Shown: piece after piece, positions 1 through 11,261 of the stretch
Numbering within the stretch: position 1 is the stretch's first letter
Layout of the letters: each line of letters starts with the position of its first letter
DNA from: Squalus acanthias
Taxonomy: Eukaryota
Direction: 5' to 3'
Assembly (NCBI GenBank): GCA_030390025.1
Contig: CM059432.1
Coordinates: 2,914,001-2,978,000, forward strand
DNA: 64,000 bases
Translations under genes and position numbers: made by a program
Notes under the pieces: model-generated
The model's input: the letters and a program-made list of their open reading frames with translations, nothing else
Database searches by the model: none
What the model was told of the DNA's origin: nothing

Positions 1-395
1 AAATAGTTGCTGCAGGGCTTTCGAACCCCCCAAGGCAAGGATCAGGACACAATTAGCTCATTGCCTCTTCTCGTCTCACCCAATCTGCAGGAAAAAAAAG
101 TTACATTTAATTAACCGTTCACCCAGGTGCATCAAGGATTTCTCTCTGTTTTTGTGCTGGTTTTTTTCTGGCTGTGTGTTAATTTTTTGCATTTTTTCTT
201 TATTTTTTTTTGCAATCACATTTGTTAATTTCGCTTCCTGTGTGTGCAACAGTCTCCCTCCCGTCAGCCCCCAACTCGCTCACTCTCCCTCCCTCTCTCT
301 CTGCAGAAAGCTGATTTTAATCGTTATGATTAGTTTTGATGTGATGTTTCCTGCAGGCGATTCTCTCTGCGAATTGCATCGAGCGTTTCTTTGCC

Positions 396-2867
396 AGGGA
401 GAGGAGGAAGGGCAGAGGTGGGGAGAGAGAGGGATAAATGGGAGAGGGAGATGAGGGGGGGAGATGAGGGGAGATGAGGGGAGATGGGGGGGAGATGAGG
501 GGAGATGGGGGGGAGAGATGAGGGGAGGAGATGGGGGGAGAGATGAGGGGAGGATGGGGGGCAGAGATGAGGGGAGGATGGGGGGGAGAGATGAGGGGAG
601 GAGGGGGGGGAGAGATGAGGGGAGGAGGGGGGGAGAGATGAGGGGAGGAGGGGGGGGAGAGATGAGGGGAGGAGGGGGGGGAGAGAGAGGAGGGGGGGAG
701 AGATGAGGGAGGAGGGGGGGAGAGATGAGGGGGGGAGAGATGAGGGGAGGAGGGGGGGAGAGAGAGGGAGGGGAGGGAGAGATGGGGGGAGAGATGGGGG
801 AGAGATGAGGGGAGGAGGGGGGAGAGATGAGGGGAGGAGGGGGGGAGAGATGAGGGGAGGAGGGGGGAGAGATGAGGGAGAGGAGGGGGGGAGGGAGAGA
901 TGAGGGGAGGAGGGGGGGGAAGATGGGGAAGATGGGGAGGAGGGGGGGAAGATGGGGAGGAGGGGGGGAGATGGGGAGGAGGGGGGAGATGGGGAGGAGG
1001 GGGGAGAGATGAGGGGAGGAGGGGGGAGATGGGGAGGAGGGGGAGATGGGGAGGAGGGGGGAGATGGGGAGGAGGTGTTTGGGGAGATGGGGAGGAGGGG
1101 GGAGAGATGAGGGGAGGAGGGGGGAGATGGGGAGGAGGGGGGAGAGATGAGGGGAGGAGGGGGGAGATGGGGAGGAGGGGGGAGAGATGAGGGGAGGAGG
1201 GGGGAGATGGGGAGGAGGGGGGAGAGATGAGGGGAGGAGGGGGGAGATGGGGAGGAGGGGGGAGAGATGAGGGGAGGAGGGGGGAGAGATGAGGGGAGGA
1301 GGGGGGAGATGGGGAGGAGGGGGGAGAGATGAGGGGAGGAGGGGGAGATGGGGAGGAGGGGGGAGAGATGAGGGGAGGAGGGGGGAGATGGGGAGGGGGG
1401 GGAGGAGGGGGGAGAGATGAGGGGGGGGAGGAGGGGGGAGAGATGAGGGGAGGAGGGGGGAGAGATGAGGGGAGCAGGGGGGAGAGATGGGGAGGGGGGG
1501 AGAGATGGGGGGTTGGAGGGGGGAGAGATGGGGGGAGGAGGGGGGAGAGATGAGGGGAGGAGGGGGGAGAGATGGGGGGAGGAGGGGGAGAGATGAGGGG
1601 AGGAGGGGGGAGAGATGAGGGGAGAGATGGGGGGAGGAGGGGGAGAGATGAGGGGAGGAGGGGGGAGAGATGGGGGGAGGAGGGGGGAGAGATGAGGGGA
1701 GGAGGGGGAGAGATGGGGAGGAGGGAGAGATGGGGAGAGGGAGGGGGGAGATGAGGGCAGGGGGAGATGAGGGGAGAACGAGGGGGAGAGAGAGGGAGGG
1801 AGATGAGAGGGGAGAGGGAGGGAGATGATAGGAGAGGGGGAGGGAAGGAGAGGAGGGAGGTGAGAAAAGGTGAGGGGAGAGAGGGAGAGGGAGGAGGAGA
1901 GAGGGAGAGGGAGGAGGAGAGGGGGAGGGGAGAGGGAGGAGGGGAGGGAGGAGGAGAGAGGGGGAGGAGGAGAGAGGGAGAGGGAGGAGGAGAGAGGGAG
2001 GAGGGGAGAGGGAGAGGGAGGAGGGGGGAGAGGAGGAGGAGAGAGGGAGAGGGAGAAGGAGAGAGGGGAGGGAGGAGGAGAGAGGGGAGGGGAGAGGGAG
2101 AAGGAGAGAGGGAGGGAGGAGGAGAGAGGGAGAGGGAGGAGGAGAGGGGAGAGGGAGGAGGAGAGAGGGAGGGGAGGAGGAGAGAGGGAGAGGGAGGGGA
2201 GGAGGAGAGAGGGAGAGGGAGGAGGAGAGAGGGAGAGGGAGGAGGAGAGAGGGAGGAGGAGAGAGGGGAGAGGGAGAAGGAGAGAGGGGAGGGAGGAGGA
2301 GAGAGGGGAGGGGAGAGGGAGAAAGAGAGGAGAGGGAGGAGGAGAGAGGGGAGGAGGGGAGAGGGAGGAGGAGAGAGGGGAGGGGAGAGAGAGGAGGGAG
2401 GAGGAGAGAGGGAGAGGGAGGAGGAGAGGGGAGGAAGGAGGAGAGGGGAAGGAGGAGAGGGGGAGGAGGAGAGAGGGAGGGGAGAGAGGGAGGGGAGAAG
2501 AGAGGAGAGGGGGAGAGGAGAGAGGGAAGGAGAGAGAGGGAGGAAGAGGAAGGAGAGAGAGGGAGGAAGAGGGGGGAGAGAGAGGGAGGAAGAGGGGAGA
2601 GGGAGGAAGAGGGGGGAGAGAGAGGGAGGGAGAGGGAGGAAGAGGAGAGAGAGAGGGAGGGGGAGAGGGAGGGAGGAGGAGAGAGAGGGGGAGAGGAGAG
2701 AGGGAGGGAGGGGGGAGGGAGAGGAGAGGAGGGAGGGGGGAGGGAGAGGAGTGGGAGGGAGGGGAGGGAGGGAGAGGAGGGAGAGGAGAGAGGGAGGGAG
2801 AGGAGAGAGAGGGGGAGGAGGAGGGAGAGGAGAGAGAGGGAGGGAGGGAGAGGAGAGGAGAGGGGGA
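396..2867. repeat. ~2.5-kb polypurine/polypyrimidine low-complexity tract
   Basis: Plus strand is almost only G/A. From ~430 to 1800 it is built of GAGATG(A/G)GGGGAGG-like units; from ~1870 to 2867 it is nearly pure GA with no T/C. Confidence 0.97.
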
Positions 2868-3410
2868 CCCCCTCCCCCAGTGACCGCGGGACTATCAGTG
2901 CAAACAGAGAGCTTGCCAACGTGTTGATGAGATTAGGTTGCATTTCCTGATCACTAGGTAGATGTGTGTTGGGCCTGTTAGGGAAAACAATAATGAAGCA
3001 ACGCATTTTCCTCACTGGTTTCCTTGGCTGTATTTCACAACAGATTTGCATAAAGTAACCACATGTAACTCTGCACCTCCCAGCTTCCCCTTTGAGCAGC
3101 CCCCTGCCGAGCCTCAGTCATCGCCTGGGGTGGTACAGCAACTCTGAGCAACTGGCCAACCATGCAGTGTTTTATTATTAATGTCTTAAGGTGAGGGAGG
3201 GCAGGCCTAGCCTACCCTACCCTGTACTGCCCTCTTGCAGGAAATAAAGAACACAGCCAAAGGCAATGGTACAATTAAACAAATGTAAAGTTTAGGAGCC
3301 TTGCTCTTCTTGTCAAAAGTATCAGATCTCACTGCCGGCGGAGAGGCTGCTGGGCGCTGCCTCCTGGAACCATTAGGCACATTGCTGGAGTAAAAGCTGG
3401 ACTGGATTAG

Positions 3411-3881
3411 AAAAGAAAAAAGAAAGACTTGCATTTCTCCAGCGCCTTTCACGACCACCGGACGTCTCAAAGCGCTTTACAGCCAATGAAGTACTTTTGG
3501 AGTGTAGGCACTGTTGTAATGTGGGAAACGCGGCAGCCAATTTGCGCACAGCAAGCTCCCACAAACAACAATGTGATAATGACCCAGATCATCTGTTTTT
3601 GTTATGTTGGTTGAGGGATAAACATTGGCCCCAGGACACTGGGGAGAACTCCCCTGCTCTTCTTCAAAATATTGCCATGGGATCTTTTACATCCACCTGA
3701 GAGAGCAGACGGGGCCTCGGTTTAACATCTCATCCAAAAGACGGCACCTCTGACAGTGCAGCGCTCCCTCAGTACTACACTGGGAGTGTCAGCCTAGCTT
3801 TATGTGCTCAAGTCCTGGAGTGGGACTTGAACCCGCAACCTTCTGACTCAGAGGCGAGAGTGCTGCCCACTGAGCCACAGC
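3411..3881 (-). mobile_element. Deu-SINE (SacSINE1-like), full length
   Basis: Minus strand: tRNA-like head (A box TGGCTCAGTGG, B box GGTTCAAGTCC), Deu-type core GGTGCCGTCTTT.GGATGAGA.GTTAAACCGAGG, L2-like tail AAGCGCTTT...AAGGCGCT...AAATGCAAGT(CTTT)n. Many copies in the window. Confidence 0.9.
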
Positions 3882-3930
3882 ATTAGAATGAAACTTTGTC
3901 CACGTTTGTGTTCTTGTGGAGTGGAGCAAC

Positions 3931-4255
3931 TTTTTTTTTTTTGTTTGTTCCTGGGACGTGGGTGCCCCTGGCAAGGCCGGCATTTATTGCCCATTCCTAG
4001 TTGCCCTTGAGAAGGTGATGGTGAGCCGCCTTCTTGAACCGCTGCAGTCCGTGTGGAGAAGGTGCTCTCACAGTGCTGTTAGGGAGGGAGTTCCAGGATT
4101 TTGACCCAGCGACGATGAAGGAACGGCCGATATATTTCCAAGTCAGGATGGTGTGTGACTTGGAGGGGAACTTGGAGGTGGTGGTGTTCCCATGCGCCTG
4201 CTGCCCTTGTCCTTCTAGGTGGAAGAGGTCGCGGGTTTGGGAGGTGCTGCCGAAG
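3931..4255 (-). mobile_element. Zenon-like CR1-group LINE, 3' fragment
   Basis: ORF end SKSWNSLP...LQRFKKAAHHHLLKGN*, 3' stem-loop and poly(A); matches the longer copies at 18.5 kb and 49.6 kb. Confidence 0.8.
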
Positions 4256-4333
4256 TAAATTCTCACATACCAGAAATAAAAGGAGAATTGTAAAAATGCC
4301 CAAAGAAAAAAATATATAATATATTTACAAAAT

Positions 4334-4792
4334 ATTTACAGCACAGAAACAGGCCATTCGGCCCAACTGGTCCGTGCCGGAGTTTATGCTCCACACCAGC
4401 CTCCTCCCGCCCCTCTTCATCTCATCCCATCACCATATCCTTCTATTCCTTTCTCCCTCAGGTATTTATCTAGCTTCCCCTTAAATGTATCTGTGCTAGT
4501 CGCCTCCACCACTCCCTGTGGTAGCGAGTTCCACATTCTCACCACTCTCTGGGTAAAGAAGTTTCTCCTGAATTACCTATTGGATTTATTAGTGACTATC
4601 TTATCTTTATGGCCCCTAGTTCTGGTCTCACCCGCAAGTGGAAACATCTTCTCTACGTCTACCCTCTCAAACCCTTTCATAATCCTAAAGACCTCTATCA
4701 GGTCACCCCTCAGCCTTCTCTTTTCTAGAGAAAAGAGCCCCAGCCTGTGCAATCTTTCCTGATAGGTGTAACCCCTCAGTTCTGGTACCATT
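4334..4792 (-). mobile_element. CR1 LINE 3' fragment
   Basis: YQERLHRLGLFSLEKRRLRGDLIEVFRIMKG (CR1 ORF2 C-terminus) and GGCCGAATGGCC tail hairpin. Confidence 0.93.
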
Positions 4793-4923
4793 AGCATACA
4801 GGTTGTGCAAGATGTGCAGATGAAGTCTGTTCGCTCCACCTATATTCTATAGTCAGCAACGAAACCCGAGCCTAGTTTGGGAGGGGGTCCGATAGATATA
4901 CTGTGTATATTATTGTACATATT

Positions 4924-5529
4924 ATACTTCCACCTCAGTAACAACACCCGCATCCACCGCTGCCGCAGCTCATCTGCTGCTGAAACCCTCATCCATGCCT
5001 TTGTTACCTCCAGACTCGACTATTCCAATGCTCTCCAGGTCGGCCTCCCACCATCCACCGTCCATCCATAAACTTCAGCTCATCCAAAACTCTTGTCCCG
5101 TTCACCCATCATCCCCTGTGCTCGCTGACCTACATTGGCTCCCGGTCTGGCAACGCCTCGATATTAAAATTCCCATCCTTGTTCTCAAATCCTTCCACGG
5201 CCTCGCCCCCTCCCTATCTCTGTTACCTCCTCCAGCCCTACAACCCTCTGCGATCTCTGCACCTCCTCCAATTCTGGCCTCTTGCGCATCCCCGATTTCC
5301 ATCGCTACACCATTGGCGGTCGTGCCTTCAGCTGCCTGGGGCCCCGAGCTCTGGAATTCCCTCCCTAAATCTCTCTACCTCTCTCTCCTCCTTTAAAGGC
5401 TCCTTAAAACCTACCCCTTGTCACCTGTCCTAATATCTCCTTATCAAATTTTGGTTGAGAACGCTCCAGTGAAGCGCCTTGGGACGTTTTACTACGTTAA
5501 GGGCGCTGAATAAATGCAAGTTGTTGTTG
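4924..5529 (+). mobile_element. L2 LINE 3' fragment
   Basis: AETLIHAFVTSRLDYSNAL...LHWLPV (L2 ORF2 C-terminus) and tail AAGCGCCTTGGGACG...AAATGCAAG(TTG)n. Confidence 0.92.
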
Positions 5530-6005
5530 AATGTCAAACGATCTGCTTATGAAGAACAGAGAATGCAATGAAGATGAGAGGGGAGGCGTTTAATCTGACT
5601 GCGTTAACCTGTAATTCACAACTCTTAAGGGGGTAAAATTGGATTTTAAAAAACTCTTCTTTAAAAAAAAATGATTATTATTCCTTTACATAATTTACCA
5701 GAAGATTCCAGAAGGTTCTTCAGAATGTGGCTGGAAGCCTTGCCTCAAGGCCGCTCCTAGCAGCAGCAGCAGCACAAGTGCCTATAAATAAGACTCTTGA
5801 CAACAGTGGAACCGTGCAGTGACCAGATGATGGGCACTGTGTACTGCGGCACCTCAACTCCGTCACCTTGGAATTAGATCATGCGTGAGCGCACCGTGCA
5901 TCCGTCACGAGGCTGTTGTGGAAAGTGCACTTTTTGCGTTACATTGGTGAGCTTTCAACAGTATAGATCATACAATACAATACAATACAACGTTGTCCCT
6001 TGCGA

Positions 6006-6720
6006 TGTCAGCCATGGCTCAGTGGGTAGCGCCCTCGTCCCTGAGTCAGAAGGTTGCGAGTTCATAGTCCCACTCACAGGGATTGGAGCACAAAAATCCA
6101 GGACTGACACTCGGAGTGCTGCACTGTCGGAGGTGCCGTCTTTCGGATGAGACGTTAAACCGAGGCCCCGTCTGCTCTCTCAGGTGGACGTAAAAGAAAG
6201 ACTTGCATTTCTACAGCGCCTTTCACGATCACCGGACGTCCCAAAGTGCTTTACAGCCAATGAATTACTTCTTTTTTGAAGTGTAGTCACTGTTGTAATG
6301 TAGGAAACGCGGCAGCCAATTTGCGCACAGCAAGCTCCCACAAACAGCAATGTGATAATGGCCAGATCATCTGTTTTTGTGATGTTGGTTGAGGGATAAA
6401 TATTGGCCCCAGGACACCGGGGATAACTCCCCTGCTCTTCTTCGAAATAGTGGCCATGGAATTTTTTACATCCCCCTGAGAGAGCAGACGGGGCCTCGGT
6501 TTAACGTCTCATCCAAAACACGGCACCTCCGACAGTGCGGCACTCCCTCAGCACTGCCCTGGAGTGTCAGCCTGGATTTCTGTGCTCAATGTCCCTGGAG
6601 TGGGACTTGAACCCACGACCTTCTGACTCAGAAGCGAGAGTACCACCCACTGAGCCACTGGCTCAGGTCCCACAGCACAATTTGCAGAAGAACAAGGGAG
6701 TTCTCCCTGGTGTCGTGGCA
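6006..6720 (+). mobile_element. Deu-SINE split by a second Deu-SINE
   Basis: Head and core at 6006-6195; the sequence resumes at ~6665-6720 (TCCCACAGCAC...GAAGAACAAGGGAGTTCTCCCTGGTGTC). Confidence 0.82.
6192..6663 (-). mobile_element. Deu-SINE, full length, nested in antisense
   Basis: Complete head, core and tail on the minus strand inside the previous SINE. Confidence 0.9.
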
Positions 6721-6837
6721 GGTGCAGCATAAATGCAAGCCAGTTTTTTTTTACCAGATTGTGCAGCGTTCTATGAGTTCCATATGCAAAGTACAGTAAA
6801 GGGTAGTTGACTTCATTTGTGATCAGACAAGGCGGAG

Positions 6838-7085
6838 CATACGAACATACGAAATTGACGGGCAGGACCAGCTGGTCCATCAAGCCTGCCCCACACCTCA
6901 TGATGCCTGCAGCATCACGACGAGACCCTTGTTACCAGCCCCTATCCCCGCCATGTAACTCCTGGGAGAAGCAAAAAAAACAGAGAAAAACGTCCCATAA
7001 GGGGAAAACAAATCTCTGGAAAATTCCTCTCCGACCCCCTCCCCCCCTCAGGCGATCGAAACCAGCCCAGGAGATCACACGAGAC
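6838..7085 (-). mobile_element. CR1-type 3' UTR/tail of a distinct family
   Basis: Minus strand ends CAGGCTTGATGGACCAGCTGGTCC...TTCGTATGTTCGTATG (CR1-like hairpin plus 8-bp microsatellite); related tails at ~30150-30210 and ~30370-30430. Confidence 0.55.
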
Positions 7086-7096
7086 CAAATGTGATT

Positions 7097-7623
7097 ATAG
7101 AATCATAGAATTTTACGGCACAGAAGGAGGCCATTCGGCCCATCGTGTCTGTGCCGGCCGACAAAGAGCTCTCCAGCCTAATCCCACTTTCCAGCTCTTG
7201 GTCCGTAGCCCTGCAGGTTACGGTACTTCAAGTGCACATCCAAGTACTTTTAAATGCGATGAGGGTTTCTGCCTCTCCCACCCTTTCAGGCAGTGAGTTC
7301 CAGACCCCCACCACCCTCTGGGTGAAAAAAGTTCTCCTCAACTCCCCTCTAAACCTTCAACCAATTACTTTAAATCTCTGCCCCCTGGTTATTGACCACT
7401 CTGCTAAGGGAAATAGGTCCTTCCTATCCACTCTATCTAGGCCCCTCATAATTTTATACACCTCAATCAAGTCTCCCCTCAGCCTCCTCTGTTCCAAAGA
7501 AAACAACCCCAGCCTATCCAATCTGTCCTCGTAGCTAAAATTCTCCAGTCCTGGCAACGTCCTAGTAAATCTCCTCTGTGCCCCCTCTAGTGCAATCACA
7601 TCCTTCCTGTAAAGTGGTGACCC
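7097..7623 (-). mobile_element. CR1 LINE 3' fragment
   Basis: RKDVIALEGAQRRFTR...LGLFSLEQRRLRGDLIEVYKI; ATTCTATG-type tail repeat. Confidence 0.93.
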
Positions 7624-7965
7624 ATCTTTACTAAAGATCATAGGAAGGAACATAGAAGCAGGAGGAGGCCATTCAGCCCCTCGAGCCTGTTCCGCCATTC
7701 AATGAGATCATGGCTGATCCGTATCTTAACTCCGTCTAGCTGCCAGCACTGCCATACAGTGGTAACGTGTAGATATTGGGCTCACTTGTTTATCAATCAG
7801 TAAACCACTACGTGATTGTATACCATAGTGCGACTGGCCCTCTCTGGCTATACAGTTACGTGTAATACAAATGTAAAAGAATATGCCAATGGATTAAAAT
7901 TGAGTGGAGTTGAGTCGAATTGCTTATTTTGCTCGCACTTATTATTGCAGAAGTGGACTGGATGT

Positions 7966-8632
7966 AACAACAACAACAACTTGCATTTATACAGCACCTT
8001 TACCGTAGTAAAACATCCCAAGGCGCTTCACAGGAGTGATTATCCGACAGAATTTGATACCGAGACACATAAGGAGATATTAGGACCGGTGACCAAAAGC
8101 TTGGTCAGAGAGGTAGATTTTAAGGAGCGTCTTAAAGAAGGAGAGAGAGGCGGAGCGGTTTAGGGAGAGAATTCCAGAGCTTGGGGCCCAGGCAGCTGAA
8201 GGCACGGCCGCCAAAGGTTGAGTGATTATAATCAGGGATGCTCAAGAGGGCAGAATTAGAGGAGCGCAGATATCTCGGGGTGGGGGGGGGGGGGGTTCTG
8301 GGGCTGAAGGAGATTACAGAGATAGGGAGGGGCGAGGCCATGGAGGGATTTGAAAACAAGGATGAGAATTTTGAAATCGAGGCACTGCTTAACCGGGAGC
8401 CAATGTAGGTCAGCGAGCACAGGGGGTGATGGGCGAACGGGACTTGGTGCGAGTTAGGACACGGGCAGCCGAGTTTTAGATGACCTCAAGTTTACGTAGG
8501 GTAGAACGTGGGAGGCCGGCCAGGAGTGCATTGGAATAGTCAAGTCTAGAGGTAACAAAGGCATGGATGAGGGTTTCAGCAGCAGATGAGCTGAGGCAGG
8601 GGCGGAGACGGGCGATGTTACGGAGGTGGTAA
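7966..8632 (-). mobile_element. L2 LINE 3' fragment
   Basis: (CAA)n tail on the plus strand; GGRAFSCLGPKLWNSLP on the minus strand. Confidence 0.92.
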
Positions 8633-8702
8633 CTTAATAATGTCCTTGGAACTCGGAGAGCGAGTTGTTTCAGTCGCGCACTCTACTTGGGTGGGGTGGG
8701 GT

Positions 8703-9172
8703 GGGGAATTTAAATTCAGTTAATTAAATAAATCTGGAAAATTAAAGCTAGTATCGGTAATGGTGACCATTATGCCAGCGACGCCCACATCCCATGAATA
8801 AAAAAAAAAGTTAAATAGTTGCTATCCCCCCTTATAACATTAAGATTAAAATAAATGAAACTACCGGATTGTTATAAAAACCCATCTGGTTCACGAATGT
8901 CCTTTAGGGAAGGAAATCTGCCGCCCTTACCCGGTCTGGCCGATATGTGACTCCAGACCCATGGCAATGTGGTTGACTCTTAACTGCCCTCTGAAATGGC
9001 CGAGCAAGACACTCAGTTGTATCAAACCGCTACAAGGAACTATAAGATCTTCACCACACGGACTGCAGCGGTTCAAGGCAGCGGCTCACCACCACCTTCT
9101 CAAGGGCAATTAGTGATGGGCAATAAATGCTGGCTTTGCCAGCGACGCCCACATCCCATGAATAAAAAAAAA
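8703..9172 (+). mobile_element. tRNA-derived SINE with Zenon-like LINE tail (5'-truncated, with internal insertion)
   Basis: Body AAAACCCATCTGGTTCAC..ATGTCCTTTAGGGAAGGAAATCTGCC shared with the copies at 22594-23020 and 30446-30826; the tail matches the Zenon-like LINE 3' end. Confidence 0.82.
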
Positions 9173-9649
9173 GTAAAATAGTTGCTATCCCCCCTTGTAA
9201 CATTAAGATTAAAATAAATGAACTGTAAAATAGCAATTTAGAAACGACATACTATAAAGTACAATAAAGGGCTGGCAGGAAGGAACAGTTCAGCATTTTT
9301 GGCTTCATGTTCAAAAGCTCCACAAACAATATCGCACAAGGAAGCACTTAAATCATTTGTCTGAAATTCCTTTCCTCACTATTTTAGTGGAGGCACTTAC
9401 CAGTTTAAACTAAGTGGGTTAATGTCTCTGCTTAGTGTTTTGGACAAACATATTAAGCGCTTATACTTAAGTTTATCACACTGCACAATATCAGTGTTTC
9501 TACAGTCACATTTTGGCATTTTTTTTCCCACAGAAAGGATTTGGGAAACTTTTAAAGTTGGGGTTTTCAAAAAAAAAGATTGTGTCTCTGCACTAGTAAT
9601 CGTGCATCCGTCGTAAAGTACACTTTTTGTGTTACGTTGGTGAGCTTTC

Positions 9650-9777
9650 CACACCTCACTGGACTGCAGCGGTTCAAGAAGGCGGCTCACCACCACCTTC
9701 TCGAGGGCAATGAGGGATGGGCAATAAATGCCGGCCTTGCCAGCGACGCCCACATCCCGCGAACGAATAAAAAAAAA
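9650..9777 (+). mobile_element. Zenon-like LINE 3' tail
   Basis: GLQRFKKAAHHHLLEG followed by stem-loop and poly(A). Confidence 0.82.
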
Positions 9778-9830
9778 TGTCAACGATCTAGATTATACAA
9801 TACAGGTCTGAACAACATTGTCCGTTGTGT

Positions 9831-10245
9831 TGTGAGCCGTGGGCTCAGTGGGCGGCACTCTCGCCTCTGAGTCAGAAAGGTTGTGGGGTCAAAGTCCCAC
9901 TCCAGAGACACGCGAACAAAATCTAGGCCGACACTCCCATTGCCAGCACTGAGGGAGTGCCGCACTGTCGGAGGTGCCGTCTTTCCAGTGAGACGTTGAA
10001 CCGAGGCCTCATCTGCCCTCTCAGGTGGAGGTGAAAGATCCCACCACACTATTTGAAGAAGAACAAGGCAGCCCGGGCCAATATTTATCCCTCAAACAAC
10101 ATCACTAAAACAAATGATCTAGTCACTATCTCATTGCTGTTTGTGGGAGCTTGCTGTGCATAGATTGGTTGCCACGTTTCCTATATTACAACAGTGACTA
10201 CACTTCAAAAGTACTTAATTGGCTGTAAAGCGCTTTGGGATGTCC
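9831..10245 (+). mobile_element. Deu-SINE
   Basis: Head, core and most of the tail; cut at ~10245 by a CR1 fragment. Confidence 0.88.
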
Positions 10246-10846
10246 AAATACTCCAGTACTCCAAATGTGGTCTAACCAAGGTTCGATACAAGTTTAACAT
10301 AACTTCACTACTTTTCAATTCTGTCCCTCTAGAAACAAACCCTAGTGCTTGGTTTGCTTCTCTTCTGGCCTTATTAACATGCATCGCTACTTTTAGTGAT
10401 TTGTGTATTTGTACTCCGAGATCCCTTTGTTCCTCTACCCTATATAGATATTTATTTTCAAAGTAATATGTGATCTCCCTGTTTTTCTTAACAAAATGAA
10501 ATGGCTCACATTTAATCTGTGTTGAATTTCATTTGCCAATTATATGTTCATTCTACAAGCTTATTAATGTCTTCTTGTAATTTGTTGCAGTCCTGCTCAG
10601 TATTGACTAACTCCCCAATTTGGTGTCATCCGCAAATTTAGAAATTGTGTTTTTGATTCCAAAATCTGAATCGTTAATATAAGTTGTGAACAGCAGTGGT
10701 CCCAGCACTGATCCTTGTGGGCCCCCACTTTCCACCTTCTGCCACTGTGAATAGCTACCCTTTACCCCTACTCTCTGCTTTCTGTCTTGCAGCCAGCTAG
10801 CAATCCATTCTGCAACTTGTCCCCTGACTCCGCATGCTCTGACCTT
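10245..10846 (-). mobile_element. CR1 reverse-transcriptase fragment
   Basis: Minus strand encodes decayed PQGSVLGPLLF...SKFADDTKLG...KTLVRPHLEY-type motifs. Confidence 0.85.
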
Positions 10847-10849
10847 AGT

Positions 10850-11015
10850 TTCTGCAGTGCATCTTGTAGATGGTACACACTGCAGCCACGGTGCGCCAGT
10901 GATGGAAGGAGTGAATGTTTAAGGTGGTGGATGGGGTGCCAATCAAGTGGACTGCTTTGTCCTGGATGGTGTCGAGCTTCTTGAGTGTTGTTGGAGCTGC
11001 ACCCATCCAGGCAAG
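10850..11015 (-). mobile_element. Zenon-like LINE internal fragment
   Basis: AWMGAAPTTLKKLDTIQDKA...HSFHHWRTVAAVCTIYKMHC. Confidence 0.8.
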
Positions 11016-11039
11016 GTATACTAACTCGACTGCTTTTAC

Positions 11040-11260
11040 ATAGAATTCACAGCACAGAAACAGGCCATTCGGCCCAACTGGTCCATGCCAGTGTTTATGC
11101 TCCACTTGAGCCTCCTCCCACCCTACTTCATCTCGTCCTATCACCATAACCTTCTATTCCTTTCTCCCTCATGTGTTTATCCAGCTTCCCCTTAAATGTA
11201 TCTATACTATTCGCCTCAACCACTCCCTGTGGTAGCGAGATCCACATTCTCACCACTCTC
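11040..11260 (-). mobile_element. CR1 3' tail
   Basis: Same family as 4334-4792. Confidence 0.88.
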
Positions 11261-11261
11261 C

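Noticed and set aside
280..3051. 923-aa Pro/Ser/Leu ORF and overlapping Gly/Arg/Glu ORFs
   Set aside because: These arise because the purine/pyrimidine tract cannot encode stop codons in most frames; there is no domain content.
3191..3240. AAG|GTGAGG ... CCTCTTGCAG as a mini-intron
   Set aside because: Only ~50 nt long, with no convincing open frames on either side.
3800..3881. tRNA-like A/B boxes at SINE heads as tRNA genes
   Set aside because: Each is fused to a SINE body and tail and lacks a complete cloverleaf.
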